Positions 21,172 through 34,108 are shown, numbered from the stretch's first letter. The stretch is 64,000 nucleotides of DNA from Patescibacteria group bacterium (GCA_041651535.1 JBAZIZ010000004.1:24341-88340), one strand, 5' to 3'. Notes: generated by a model from the letters alone, not told the origin. Program-made: numbers and translations.

Positions 21172-21285
21172 AATAATTAAATTAAAAATGCAAAATTAAA
21201 AAATTTTATTCACTTATCAATTTCTGACTTTAAAACAAGAAATATTTAAAAATCTTTTAACTTTTAAATCTTAACTCTTAAGAGT

Positions 21286-21318
21286 ATTGACAAAAAATCT
21301 TTATTATTATAATATATA
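21286..21318 (+). promoter_or_regulatory. Promoter for rpmB (TTGACA ... TATAAT)
   Basis: TTGACAaaaaatctttattatTATAAT, read directly. Confidence 0.35.
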
Positions 21319-21359
21319 TTTATTAAAAAAACAATTTTATTATCTTAAACAAGAAAAAT

Positions 21360-21527
21360 ATGGCAAAATGCGAAATCTGTGGAAAAAAATCACAAAAATC
21401 AGCCAGCCGCAGCCACTCAAAAATAAAAACTTTAAAAAGACAAAAAGTCAATTTGCAAAAATTGGATGGAAAAAAAGTTTGTGCCGGTTGTCGTCGTACT
21501 ATCGCAAAAAAAATCAACAAACAATAA
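21360..21527 (+). CDS. rpmB: 50S ribosomal protein L28
   Basis: Not an ORF in the supplied track (its 21287..21553 ORF is in another frame). Hand translation: MAKCEICGKKSQKSASRSHSKIKTLKRQKVNLQKLDGKKVCAGCRRTIAKKINKQ, 55 aa, typical L28 with the C-x2-C...C-x2-C pattern. Confidence 0.85.
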   Translation: MAKCEICGKKSQKSASRSHSKIKTLKRQKVNLQKLDGKKVCAGCRRTIAKKINKQ

Positions 21528-21540
21528 ACAAAAAAAATAT

Positions 21541-21568
21541 AAAAATCCGCTAAATAAGCGGATTTTTA
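21541..21568 (+). terminator. Rho-independent terminator after rpmB
   Basis: AAATCCGC-taaataa-GCGGATTT hairpin followed by TTTTT. Confidence 0.7.
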
Positions 21569-21599
21569 TAATCCCAGATGAAACAGGTTTAAATACTAC

Positions 21600-21640
21600 C
21601 CCTAAAAAATTAGGTGGGTGAACTCACATTCAGCCCACGA
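21600..21640 (-). terminator. Probable terminator of argS (hairpin plus T-run on minus strand)
   Basis: Minus-strand reading GTGGGCTGAATGTGAGTTCACCCAC followed by CTAATTTTTTAG. Confidence 0.4.
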
Positions 21641-21757
21641 GCTGAAAAAATATTGTTCTCCCTTTGTAGTAAAATTGTAGAATAGTATTAACCTTTTTAT
21701 TTCATCTAAGATATTTAAAGTATAATATTTTTTTATTATTTATGCAACTAAAAAATT

Positions 21758-23449
21758 TTACATTTCTTTTACTGTTTTAATTGTTAAAATTTTTAAAGCA
21801 TCAGCTAAAATTGTCTGTGTAGCCTTGATCAAATACAAACGACTTTGTTTTAAATTTTCTTCACTATTTAAAATATTATATTTAGCGTAAAAATCATTAA
21901 AAGCTTGGGCTAAATCAAAAGTATATTTTGTAATTACAGCCGGATTATAATTTTCTCGAGCTTTAATTATTATTTCATCATAAATATTTAACAAAGCTAA
22001 TATCTTTTTTTCTTCTGCTTCTTTTAAAAGCGAAAAATCAATTTGTTTTAAATTTTTTAGATTTTTAATTTTTTTAAAAATACTATTAATTCGCACAAAA
22101 GAATACAAAACATAAAGAGCATTATAACCTTCAAAACTAACCGCTTCTTTTATGTCAAAAATAATATTTTTTTTCGCTTCATGCTTTTGCATATAAAATT
22201 TTAAAACAGCATCAGTTAATATTTCAACTGTTTTTTTTATTTTATCTTCTGACCAATTTTGATTTTTTTGTTTTGTTTCCAAAAAAATTTTAGCAAAAAT
22301 TTCATTTTTTAGATCTTCATACAAAATTACATTGCCCGCACGAGAAGACATTTTTCCACTTGCTAAATTTATTAAACCATAAGAGATATGGGTCATTTTC
22401 TTTTTAAAACCTGACAATTCCAAAATTTTAAACAATTGTTTAAAATAAAATTCTTGTTCCAATCCTGTGATATAAACACTTTCTTCAATTTTATATTTTT
22501 TGAATTTTTTTTCAGCTAAAGCTAAATCTCCAGTAATATATAAACCAGCTCCACTACTTTTTCTTAATAAAGCAATATCCAAATTATATTTATTTAAATC
22601 AACAATCACTGCCCCGCCTTCACCAATTTTGGCAATTTTATTTTTTAATAATTTATCAACTATTTTTTTTCCATCGTTTTTTACTTCTGATTCATAAATA
22701 ATGGCATCATGTTTTAAATCCAAATCTTTCATAATTTTTGTAAAACCTTTTATGCTCCAGTCACGAGTTTCTTGCCAAACTTTTTGAATTTGTTTATCTT
22801 GATTTTCAAATTTGACTTGAAAATCTTTGACATTGTTTTCAATTTCAGGATGATCTTTGATAAAATTATTTGCTTCAGAGTAAATTTCGCCTAAAAATTT
22901 TTGATTATGTTTATTTTTATCTTTTAAAATTTCCGGATGATAATTTAAAATATACCATAAACACTTTACAACATGATTTCCATAATCATTTATATAATTC
23001 ATGGTAATAACTTTAAAATCAGTTTTTTTATAAAGTTCAACCAAAGTATTTCCGATTGCTACATTACGCAAATGACCAATATGAAATTCTTTATGAGTAT
23101 TTTGTGAAGGATATTCAAATAATACTTTTCTTTTTTTACCAATATTTAAAAATTTATTTTGTTTATTTTGCAAAATATCCCCTAATATTTTTTGTGCTAA
23201 TTTTTCATAATCAAAATAAAAATTTACATAAGGACCAAAATTTTTTACTTCTTTTATAAAAGCTATTTTTTCTTTATTCAAAAGCTGAGCCAGTTCGGTA
23301 GCTTTTTCCACTGGTGAATCAGTTAGATTAAAACAAGCAAAAGCTAAATCGCCCATTTCACTTTTTGGTGGAATTAATAAATCAATTTTTTCTAGAGAAG
23401 AAAATTTATTTATTTTTTTTAATATATTTTTTTTAATTTCAATCATCAT
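21758..23449 (-). CDS. argS: Arginine--tRNA ligase
   Basis: 563 aa class I aaRS with the HIGH-type motif (EFHIGHLRN) and ArgRS-like N- and C-terminal domains. Confidence 0.9.
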   Translation of the reverse strand: MMIEIKKNILKKINKFSSLEKIDLLIPPKSEMGDLAFACFNLTDSPVEKATELAQLLNKEKIAFIKEVKNFGPYVNFYFDYEKLAQKILGDILQNKQNKFLNIGKKRKVLFEYPSQNTHKEFHIGHLRNVAIGNTLVELYKKTDFKVITMNYINDYGNHVVKCLWYILNYHPEILKDKNKHNQKFLGEIYSEANNFIKDHPEIENNVKDFQVKFENQDKQIQKVWQETRDWSIKGFTKIMKDLDLKHDAIIYESEVKNDGKKIVDKLLKNKIAKIGEGGAVIVDLNKYNLDIALLRKSSGAGLYITGDLALAEKKFKKYKIEESVYITGLEQEFYFKQLFKILELSGFKKKMTHISYGLINLASGKMSSRAGNVILYEDLKNEIFAKIFLETKQKNQNWSEDKIKKTVEILTDAVLKFYMQKHEAKKNIIFDIKEAVSFEGYNALYVLYSFVRINSIFKKIKNLKNLKQIDFSLLKEAEEKKILALLNIYDEIIIKARENYNPAVITKYTFDLAQAFNDFYAKYNILNSEENLKQSRLYLIKATQTILADALKILTIKTVKEM

Positions 23450-23452
23450 ATT

Positions 23453-24148
23453 TTATTCATTAAATTTTTGATAATTATTTTTTGCCCATTCTAATCTTTC
23501 TGGAACCCCAATATCAATCCAATCTTTATCAGATTCATAAACAAATAGATTAGTTATAAAAGGAAAAACATCGTATTCTAAACTAAATGTTTCAACTTTC
23601 GGAAAATATTTTTTTATGGCTGAATTAAAAATATAAATTCCACCATTAATAAAACCAGCTTTTTTAACACCTTCTTTTTCTTTAAAAGATTTCAATAAAT
23701 AATTTTCATCATAATCCAAAGTTCCATAATTTGAGGCGTCAATAACTTTTGTCCCTAAAACAAGTCCATCACTATTATTTTTTAAATTATTTACCATTTC
23801 TTGCAAATCAACCGTAGTTAAAATATCACCATTCAAAATTATAGATGCTTCGGCATTTTCTTTCACAAAATTTAAAGCATTTTTAATTGCTCCTCCTGTG
23901 CCTAATTTTTTTTCTTCTATCGCATAAATAATTTTAACACCACAACATTCATCACCAACTTGTCTTTTTAAAACTTCAGACAAATGACCAGCCGCTAAAA
24001 CAACTTCTGTAATATTTATTTTTTTTAATTTTTCAATTTGCCATTCTAAAATAGTTTTGCCACCAATTTCAAGCAAAACTTTTGGCATTTCCTTAGTAAT
24101 TTCCCCTAATCTGGTGGAAAGTCCACCACATAAAATAATGGCATTCAT
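23453..24148 (-). CDS. Sugar-phosphate nucleotidyltransferase (NTP_transferase family)
   Basis: N-terminal AIILCGGLSTRL motif (G-x-G-T-R-x signature). Confidence 0.75.
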   Translation of the reverse strand: MNAIILCGGLSTRLGEITKEMPKVLLEIGGKTILEWQIEKLKKINITEVVLAAGHLSEVLKRQVGDECCGVKIIYAIEEKKLGTGGAIKNALNFVKENAEASIILNGDILTTVDLQEMVNNLKNNSDGLVLGTKVIDASNYGTLDYDENYLLKSFKEKEGVKKAGFINGGIYIFNSAIKKYFPKVETFSLEYDVFPFITNLFVYESDKDWIDIGVPERLEWAKNNYQKFNE

Positions 24149-24150
24149 AT

Positions 24151-24723
24151 TTAAAAAAATAAAACTTTCAGATAATTATACAGCACTTGGGTAATATTTT
24201 CCAATAACCAAAAAGAAGATAGGGACAAAAATAAAGCAACAAAAAAACCACCAATTATATCTCGTGGATAATGAACTCCCACATAAACTCGTCCAACTGA
24301 AACCAAAAAAGCTAACAAAAATAAAAAAATTCCAAAATAAATATTTATTCCCAAAAAAACAGGAATAAAGAAAAAAATAAAAGAAACTGTCGCATGATCA
24401 GAAGGAAATGATTTCCAATTGACTAAAGGTTGTAAAGAGACTTTTATAAAATTTTTTTCTAAAATTGGTCGAGGATGACGCCAAATCAAAGCTATAGAAT
24501 AATTAAAAATAAAAGCAAAAAAAACAGTAGTCAAAAGTAATTTTAATAAAAAATCAAATTTTGTCGGATCAATTTCAAATAAGAAAAAAGCACCCCAAAA
24601 TAAAACAATAGCAATCAAAATATAAATTAGAGCATGAGCAAAAAAATACATCACAAAATCAAGACTTTTATTTTTACCAACTATAGAATTTATTTTTAAA
24701 AAAAGTTTTTCTGACCAAGACAT
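24151..24723 (-). CDS. PAP2-family phosphatase (undecaprenyl-diphosphatase-like membrane phosphatase)
   Basis: Three PAP2 motifs: RPILEKN (KxxxxxxRP), SFPSDH (PSGH), GRVYVGVHYPRDIIGG (SRxxxxxHxxxD); membrane protein. Confidence 0.75.
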   Translation of the reverse strand: MSWSEKLFLKINSIVGKNKSLDFVMYFFAHALIYILIAIVLFWGAFFLFEIDPTKFDFLLKLLLTTVFFAFIFNYSIALIWRHPRPILEKNFIKVSLQPLVNWKSFPSDHATVSFIFFFIPVFLGINIYFGIFLFLLAFLVSVGRVYVGVHYPRDIIGGFFVALFLSLSSFWLLENITQVLYNYLKVLFF

Positions 24724-24726
24724 ATT

Positions 24727-25815
24727 TTATTTTTTATTTTTTAAAACACTCACAATAATTTCATCTAAATCTCCGTCTAAAATTTTTTCAGTATCAGTGG
24801 TTTCCCATTCACTACGCAGATCTTTTACTAATTTATAAGGATTTAAAACATAAGAACGAATTTGACTTCCCCACTCAGGAATTTGGTAATCACCTTTAAG
24901 TTTCATTATTTTATTTTCTTCTTCTATTTCTTTAATTTTTTGTAACTTTGCTTTTAAAATTTTTAAAGCAGTTAGTTTGTTTTGTAATTGTGATCTTTCA
25001 TTTTGACAACTAACTGAAATTCCTGATGGTACATGAGTTATCCGCACAGCGCTATAAGTTGTGTTTACACTTTGACCACCATGACCACCTGACATAAAAG
25101 TATCAATTCTCAAATCTTTTTCATTTATTTCAATTTCACTATTTTCAATTTCTGGAATTACTTCTACTAAAGCAAAAGAAGTGTGACGCATTTTTTCGGC
25201 ATCAAATGGTGAAATTCTAACCAAACGATGAGTACCTTGTTCTGACTTCAAAAATCCATAAACATAATTTCCAGTAATTCTAACGGAAACTGATTTTAAA
25301 CCAGCTTCGTTACCAAAAGTTTCATCTAAAATAAAAGATTTCCAAGATTTCTTTTCTGCATAACGTAAATACATGCGAAGTAAAATTTCTGTCCAGTCTT
25401 GTGCATCTGTGCCACCGCTACCAGCATGAATTGATATGATTGCATTTTCCTGATCATGTTTTCCAGACATAAATGCTAAAAATTCAATTTTGTCATATTT
25501 TTCTTGTAAAATTTTTATTTGTTCTTCAATTTGTAAATTTAGTTCAGCATCATATTTTTTTTCCAATTCAAGTGATAACTGAAACAAATCTTTAGTTTCA
25601 GAAAATAGTTCTTGCCAGTTTTGAATTTCTTTATTTAGAGATTCATATTTTTGGGATATTTGTTTTGCTTTTTCTTGATTTTGCCAAAAATTTTTTTCTT
25701 TCATTATGTTTTCTAATTCATCTTTTTTTATTTTTTTATTTGAAATTTCAAGTAAAGCTTCAATTTCTTGTGCTTGATCTAACATCTTTGCTAATTGTTT
25801 TTTATATTCAGCCAT
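24727..25815 (-). CDS. prfB: Peptide chain release factor 2 (no programmed frameshift)
   Basis: GGQ motif (SGGHGGQSVNTT) and SPF tripeptide (RISPFDA) typical of RF2; the ORF is uninterrupted over 362 aa. Confidence 0.88.
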   Translation of the reverse strand: MAEYKKQLAKMLDQAQEIEALLEISNKKIKKDELENIMKEKNFWQNQEKAKQISQKYESLNKEIQNWQELFSETKDLFQLSLELEKKYDAELNLQIEEQIKILQEKYDKIEFLAFMSGKHDQENAIISIHAGSGGTDAQDWTEILLRMYLRYAEKKSWKSFILDETFGNEAGLKSVSVRITGNYVYGFLKSEQGTHRLVRISPFDAEKMRHTSFALVEVIPEIENSEIEINEKDLRIDTFMSGGHGGQSVNTTYSAVRITHVPSGISVSCQNERSQLQNKLTALKILKAKLQKIKEIEEENKIMKLKGDYQIPEWGSQIRSYVLNPYKLVKDLRSEWETTDTEKILDGDLDEIIVSVLKNKK

Positions 25816-25906
25816 ATTGATTTTATATTAACTTAAAATGACATAAAAATCAAGCAAAAAAATAAAAAAATCCCGCAAATTAAGCGAGATTTTTGGTTTA
25901 AAATTT

Positions 25907-27547
<1,641 letters not shown>

Positions 27548-27556
27548 TTATTATTT

Positions 27557-27841
27557 TTATTTTTCTAAAATAGCAATTATATCTTCATGACTTAAAATCT
27601 TTGCTTCTGCTCCGGATTCCAATTCTATTTCATCACCTCCCCATTTTTTAAATAAAACCAACATGCCTTTTTGTAAATTTAATTTGCGAATTTCTTCGCC
27701 TTCACCAATTTCCAAAATTTCTCCAGTAGCTTTTTCTTTTTTTTGAGCTGAATCTGGTAAAATAATTCCAAAAGAAGTTTTTTCTTCTTTTTCTTCCAAT
27801 ATTTTTACGAGAACTCTGTCTCCAATGGGTTTGATTTTCAT
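27557..27841 (-). CDS. groES: Co-chaperonin GroES
   Basis: Track ORF 27557..27880; the real start is likely [13 protein letters not shown] (27841). Confidence 0.9.
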   Translation of the reverse strand: MKIKPIGDRVLVKILEEKEEKTSFGIILPDSAQKKEKATGEILEIGEGEEIRKLNLQKGMLVLFKKWGGDEIELESGAEAKILSHEDIIAILEK

Positions 27842-27872
27842 ATTATGAATTAAATAATTAAAAATAATTTTT

Positions 27873-27899
27873 ATTATCACTCTTACTGTCTGAGTGATA
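27873..27899. promoter_or_regulatory. CIRCE-like inverted repeat (HrcA operator) upstream of groES-groEL
   Basis: TTATCACTC-N9-GAGTGATAA at 27873-27899, against the CIRCE consensus TTAGCACTC-N9-GAGTGCTAA. It lies between the promoter and the groES start. Confidence 0.7.
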
Positions 27900-27913
27900 A
27901 TATCTTTTTGATT

Positions 27914-27957
27914 ATAATAATACTTAGAAAAAAAATTGTCAATAAAAAAACAAGTGG
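27914..27957 (-). promoter_or_regulatory. groESL promoter (TTGACA-N17-TATTAT) with upstream TTATCCACTTGTT motif
   Basis: Minus-strand reading aaaattATCCACTTGTTtttttatTGACAattttttttctaagtatTATTAT. Confidence 0.55.
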
Positions 27958-27973
27958 ATAATTTTCCACTTTT

Positions 27974-28687
27974 TTAAGCCCAATCTTTTATTTTCTTTTC
28001 GCAATGAAAACAGGCAAAATTATAAATTATTTTATGAATTTCTTCATAATCAGCTTTTTCAATTTCCAAATCTTTAAAATCATAAACTAAAATATCTTTC
28101 AATTTTTTTATTATTTTTGGTTTAATTGAAATATAATTTTTTGCTAAGATTTTATTTGTTTCTAAACATTGAGGACACGCCAAACCTCCTCCATAATAAA
28201 AATTATTCAAAGAATCTTCTTTGGAACAAAAAACACAAGAATTCAAAATCGGTTCAAAACCGAAAAAAACTAAAATTTTAAAAATAAAAATGTCTATAAA
28301 AAATTTTTTAAAATCCGCTGTTTCCTCTGAAAAATTTAAAAAAGAAAGCAAAAGAAAAAAAATATTTTTATCACCTGCCCGTTCTTCTAACTGTTGATTT
28401 AAAAAAGAAAGTAAAAACAAAATATAAAGAGATTTTTTAAGATCTCTTCTATTTTTAGGAAAATAATCAATCATTTGCACCCCAGTTAAATATTCAAACT
28501 CTTTGCCAGAAACACTTTCTATATCTACAAAAGACATTGGCTCTAAATAAGCTGAATTTTTGCTCGAAATTTTTTTTACACCTTTCGCCAAAAGATCTAT
28601 TTTGCCTTTTTCCCAAGTGTAAAAACTAATAATTTGATCGTTTTCTCGAAAGTTTCTCCTTTTTAAAACTATCGCTTTCATAAACAA
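27974..28687 (-). CDS. recO: DNA repair protein RecO
   Basis: N-terminal OB-fold region (AIVLKRRNFRENDQIISFYT) and C-terminal zinc motif (CVFCSKE...ACPQC). Confidence 0.8.
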   Translation of the reverse strand: MFMKAIVLKRRNFRENDQIISFYTWEKGKIDLLAKGVKKISSKNSAYLEPMSFVDIESVSGKEFEYLTGVQMIDYFPKNRRDLKKSLYILFLLSFLNQQLEERAGDKNIFFLLLSFLNFSEETADFKKFFIDIFIFKILVFFGFEPILNSCVFCSKEDSLNNFYYGGGLACPQCLETNKILAKNYISIKPKIIKKLKDILVYDFKDLEIEKADYEEIHKIIYNFACFHCEKKIKDWA

Positions 28688-28688
28688 A

Positions 28689-29051
28689 TTATTTTTTTAA
28701 ATAATCACGTAAAATAACAATAGCCGCTTTTTCATCAATACTAGCGTCACCAGGAATTTTTTTGGCTTCAGCTGTACTAAAACTTTCATTTTGAAAATCA
28801 ATTTCAATTGTGCTCAAAATATTTTTTATTTTTTCTGCAATGTCTCTAATCTGTTTTGTTTTTTCATTTTCTTCACCACCAAGATCAAAAGGTAAACCAA
28901 AAACTATTTTGGCAATTTTTTCTTTTTTTATAATACTAATAAGTTCATCAATATTACTAGCAATTCCAAAAGCTAAAACTAAATCTAAATCAGTTGAAGA
29001 CCAAGACAAACCAATTCTTTTTTTACCATAATCAACACCTAAAATATTCAT
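28689..29051 (-). CDS. ruvX: Putative pre-16S rRNA nuclease / Holliday junction resolvase-like YqgF (RuvX)
   Basis: 120 aa, ILGVDYGKKRIGLS N-terminus and GLPFDLGGEENE motif. Confidence 0.85.
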   Translation of the reverse strand: MNILGVDYGKKRIGLSWSSTDLDLVLAFGIASNIDELISIIKKEKIAKIVFGLPFDLGGEENEKTKQIRDIAEKIKNILSTIEIDFQNESFSTAEAKKIPGDASIDEKAAIVILRDYLKK

Positions 29052-29057
29052 ATTTTT

Positions 29058-29891
29058 TTATTTTAATTCTTTTGGACGACGAGTGGCAACAATCAAACCT
29101 TTTTCAGTAAAAACTAATGTATGTTCAAAATGAGCACTTAAACTTTTATCAACTGTTGAAAAACTCCAACCATCTTTGGAAACATCAACTCTATAATTTC
29201 CTAAAGTAATCATTGGTTCAACAGCTAAAACCACACCTGGTGTTATTTTCCAAGCATTTAATGATGGTTCATAATAATTTGGTACAGAAGGTTCTTCATG
29301 AACTTCATGACCAACACCATGACCAACAAGATCACGGACTATACCATAACCAAAAGGCTGTATATAATTTTCAATTGTTTTTCCAATATCTGAAATACTA
29401 TCACCAATTTTTATTTCTGAAATTACTTTTTCTAAAGAATTTTTTGTCGCATCTAATAATTTTTTTGTTTCTTCATTTATTTTTCCAACAGCAATAGTCA
29501 AAGCTGTATCAGTAAAAAATCCGTTTCCACCTTTACCTAAACCTGAGTTAACAGGATATTGCATACCAATATCTATACTAAAAATATCGCCTTCTTTCAA
29601 GAAACGATCTTTTTTAGGAATTCCATGAACAACTTCTTCATTTATAGAAGCACAGATTGTTCCAGGAAATGGAATATCATCTCTAGAACTACGATAATTT
29701 TTAAAAGCTGGACGGCCACCAACTGCTTTTATCATTTTTTCTGCTTCTACATCTATTTTCCAAGTACTAATTCCAGGTTCGACTAAATCAGCAAGTTTTT
29801 CTAAAATCTCACCCAAAAGTTTACCGCCTTCTAAAATATATTTTATTTCTTCTTGTTTTTTTATAATACTCATATAGAAATATGTTAACAC
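29058..29891 (-). CDS. map: Methionine aminopeptidase type I
   Basis: Metal-binding residues in conserved context (HGVGHEVHEEP, DIGMQY); the start may be the internal Met near 29873. Confidence 0.88.
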   Translation of the reverse strand: MLTYFYMSIIKKQEEIKYILEGGKLLGEILEKLADLVEPGISTWKIDVEAEKMIKAVGGRPAFKNYRSSRDDIPFPGTICASINEEVVHGIPKKDRFLKEGDIFSIDIGMQYPVNSGLGKGGNGFFTDTALTIAVGKINEETKKLLDATKNSLEKVISEIKIGDSISDIGKTIENYIQPFGYGIVRDLVGHGVGHEVHEEPSVPNYYEPSLNAWKITPGVVLAVEPMITLGNYRVDVSKDGWSFSTVDKSLSAHFEHTLVFTEKGLIVATRRPKELK

Positions 29892-30009
29892 TATTTTTTT
29901 TAAAAGACAAGCTGAATAATTTTTGATTTTAGATTTAGAATTTTTTAAAATTTATTTTTAATTCAAAATTTAGATTCTAAAATCTAAAATTCTAAATCTT
30001 AAATAAAAA

Positions 30010-30040
30010 AACCCACTTTTCAGTAGGTTTTTTAATTTTT
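30010..30040 (-). terminator. Terminator-like hairpin plus T-run downstream of the 30045..30548 gene
   Basis: Minus-strand reading AAACCTAC-tgaaaag-TGGGTTT followed by TTTTTATTT. Confidence 0.4.
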
Positions 30041-30044
30041 AATT

Positions 30045-30548
30045 TTAATGGAGTTTCCATTTTCTCGCAATAAAATCACTTAGTGGTTCGTCTTCTTGTT
30101 TCAAATCTTCTTCTAAAAAATTTAATAAAGTTTTTCTAATTTGAGTTGGATCTTCATCTACTAATGGAATTCGAAGTCGTGGTTTAAGCCCAGTTGTTTC
30201 AAAAAATAACATTTTTACTTCTTCTTTTGGATTATAGATAATAAAAAAATCGCGCAGTTCTCCGTATTTATAAAATTTATTATTAATAGAAATTCCTAAT
30301 CTGGTAATTTTAAAAGGTAAAATTATTGGTTTTTGGATTGATTGTAAAAAAATTATTATTGAAAAAAGTGTAATAATCAAAATGAATAAATAATTATCAG
30401 TAAAAATTGAATAAAAAATCAAAAGAACTGCTAACAATAACATAAAAATTAACCAACTTTTTGGTCTCTGATTTTCATTATATTCTGGGATACTCCATTC
30501 GTGAAGAACATCACCCAAAATAGATTCATTGTTTATTTTTTCTGGCAT
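30045..30548 (-). CDS. Hypothetical membrane protein
   Basis: 167 aa, two hydrophobic segments (LIFMLLLAVLLIFYSIF, LFILIITLFSIIIFL); no family recognised. Confidence 0.5.
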   Translation of the reverse strand: MPEKINNESILGDVLHEWSIPEYNENQRPKSWLIFMLLLAVLLIFYSIFTDNYLFILIITLFSIIIFLQSIQKPIILPFKITRLGISINNKFYKYGELRDFFIIYNPKEEVKMLFFETTGLKPRLRIPLVDEDPTQIRKTLLNFLEEDLKQEDEPLSDFIARKWKLH

Positions 30549-30675
30549 ATATTAAAATTAATATGCTTTTATTATAACACAAAATCTAAAATAAAAGAAA
30601 TAATATAAACTTGAAAAAAAATAAAAAATAATATAGACTAAAACATATTAACTAATAAAATAATTTTAAAAAAAT

Positions 30676-32809
<2,134 letters not shown>

Positions 32810-32838
32810 TTCAGCCGTTTTTTTGTATATTTTAGTTT

Positions 32839-33282
32839 TTAAAAAGTATTTCTTTTTTTAATTGAATATATGAAGTTTAATGGTCTTTCATGATTTTTTT
32901 CTTCGACTTCTCTAAACATCATTTCTTTTATTTTATTTTTAAAATGTTCGTCTTCAGAAATTCTTTTTAAAAAATCTTGATCAGTTTCAGCTTCAAATCT
33001 TGCAGGAGCAGATATTTCTAATGAAGGTCCATCGTATTCATTTAATTGAAATTCAATTAAAAACTTGTCTTGTTTAAAACCAAAATCATCTTTTTTTTCC
33101 AAAATCACTGAAGTCATAATTGGTCTTTCTGATTCTAAATTTGTTTTAGATTTGTTTTCTTTTGAATCTGCATCTGGTTTTTTTATTATTTGACCAATTC
33201 TATTTTCTTGATTATTTTCATTCATATTAAAAATTAAATTTAAACTTTTATAGATTGTAAGACTTTTTTTAAAAAATGTCAA
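32839..33282 (-). CDS. Hypothetical acidic protein
   Basis: 147-aa ORF; no family recognised. Confidence 0.4.
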   Translation of the reverse strand: MTFFKKSLTIYKSLNLIFNMNENNQENRIGQIIKKPDADSKENKSKTNLESERPIMTSVILEKKDDFGFKQDKFLIEFQLNEYDGPSLEISAPARFEAETDQDFLKRISEDEHFKNKIKEMMFREVEEKNHERPLNFIYSIKKRNTF

Positions 33283-33322
33283 AACTTGATTTTATTTTTC
33301 TAAGGTATTAAAATATTTTTAT

Positions 33323-33790
33323 ATGATTATAAATATAATAGTTGTCGGAAAATTTAAAGAAAAATATTGGGAAGAGGCTGAAAAAGAATATCTTAAACGT
33401 CTTTCAGCTTGGTTTAAAATCAATATTTTAGAATTAAAAGAAGAATCTTTTTCTGAAAAAGATATTAAAAATAAAATTAAACAAAAAGAAGCACAAAATA
33501 TTTTAGCTAAAATACCAAAAAATTCTTTTGTCATTGTACTAGACGAAAACGGAACAGAATTTACTAGTGAAGATTTTTCTGAAAAATTAAAAACTTGGTT
33601 AGAAACTGAAAATAATCTTACTTTTATTCTCGGTGGACCACTGGGTTTGCATGAATCTATATTAAAAAAAGCTAATTTTAAAGTAGCTTTATCACAAATG
33701 ACTTTTACACATCAAATGGCTCGGGTTTTTCTTCTTGAACAGATATATCGGGGACAAATGATAAATCAAAATAGAAAATATCATTATTAA
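33323..33790 (+). CDS. rlmH: 23S rRNA (pseudouridine1915-N3)-methyltransferase RlmH (SPOUT)
   Basis: 155 aa, IINIIVVGK N-terminus and ILGGPLGL (SPOUT knot) motif. Confidence 0.85.
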   Translation: MIINIIVVGKFKEKYWEEAEKEYLKRLSAWFKINILELKEESFSEKDIKNKIKQKEAQNILAKIPKNSFVIVLDENGTEFTSEDFSEKLKTWLETENNLTFILGGPLGLHESILKKANFKVALSQMTFTHQMARVFLLEQIYRGQMINQNRKYHY

Positions 33791-33823
33791 AAAAGCCTAC
33801 AGAATCGTAGACTTTTTTTAAAT

Positions 33824-34108
33824 TTATTTTTTTTCTAACTCTTGGTGATCTAATGATAATTCTGTTGTTTTAGTAGAGTTATTTTCTAAATTTTGTTTTG
33901 AATCAACTGGCAAAATATTTTGTTTCCAGCTAATATCATCTATCAGATCACCGGTTTCTTCTTCATCTTCAACTAAACTTTCTTCAACTTCATCTTCTAT
34001 TTCTAAATTTTGTTTTTCCACGTTAGGGTCATCTTCAGCATCATCAAAATTACCTCTCATAACTTTTGGAAGATTTGACTGTGATTCAAAAAAATTTCTT
34101 TCTGACAT
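33824..34108 (-). CDS. Hypothetical highly acidic small protein
   Basis: 94 aa, Asp/Glu-rich; no family recognised. Confidence 0.35.
   Translation of the reverse strand: MSERNFFESQSNLPKVMRGNFDDAEDDPNVEKQNLEIEDEVEESLVEDEEETGDLIDDISWKQNILPVDSKQNLENNSTKTTELSLDHQELEKK

Noticed and set aside
21287-21553. Track ORF 21287..21553 (+), 88 aa
   Set aside because: Wrong reading frame. The real gene in this interval is rpmB (L28) at 21360..21527 in another frame, with its own promoter and terminator. The antisense ORF 21323..21520 is likewise spurious.
21571-21757. Possible small RNA (SRP/other) in the rpmB-argS spacer, because of the GTGGGTGAA...TTCAGCCCAC hairpin
   Set aside because: No SRP domain IV (GGAA...AGCAG) or tmRNA/tRNA-like signatures; hairpin plus flanking T/A runs fit a bidirectional terminator.
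24727-25815. Programmed +1 frameshift site in prfB
   Set aside because: The ORF is continuous from Met to stop with the RF2 motifs in frame; no in-frame TGA near the N-terminus.
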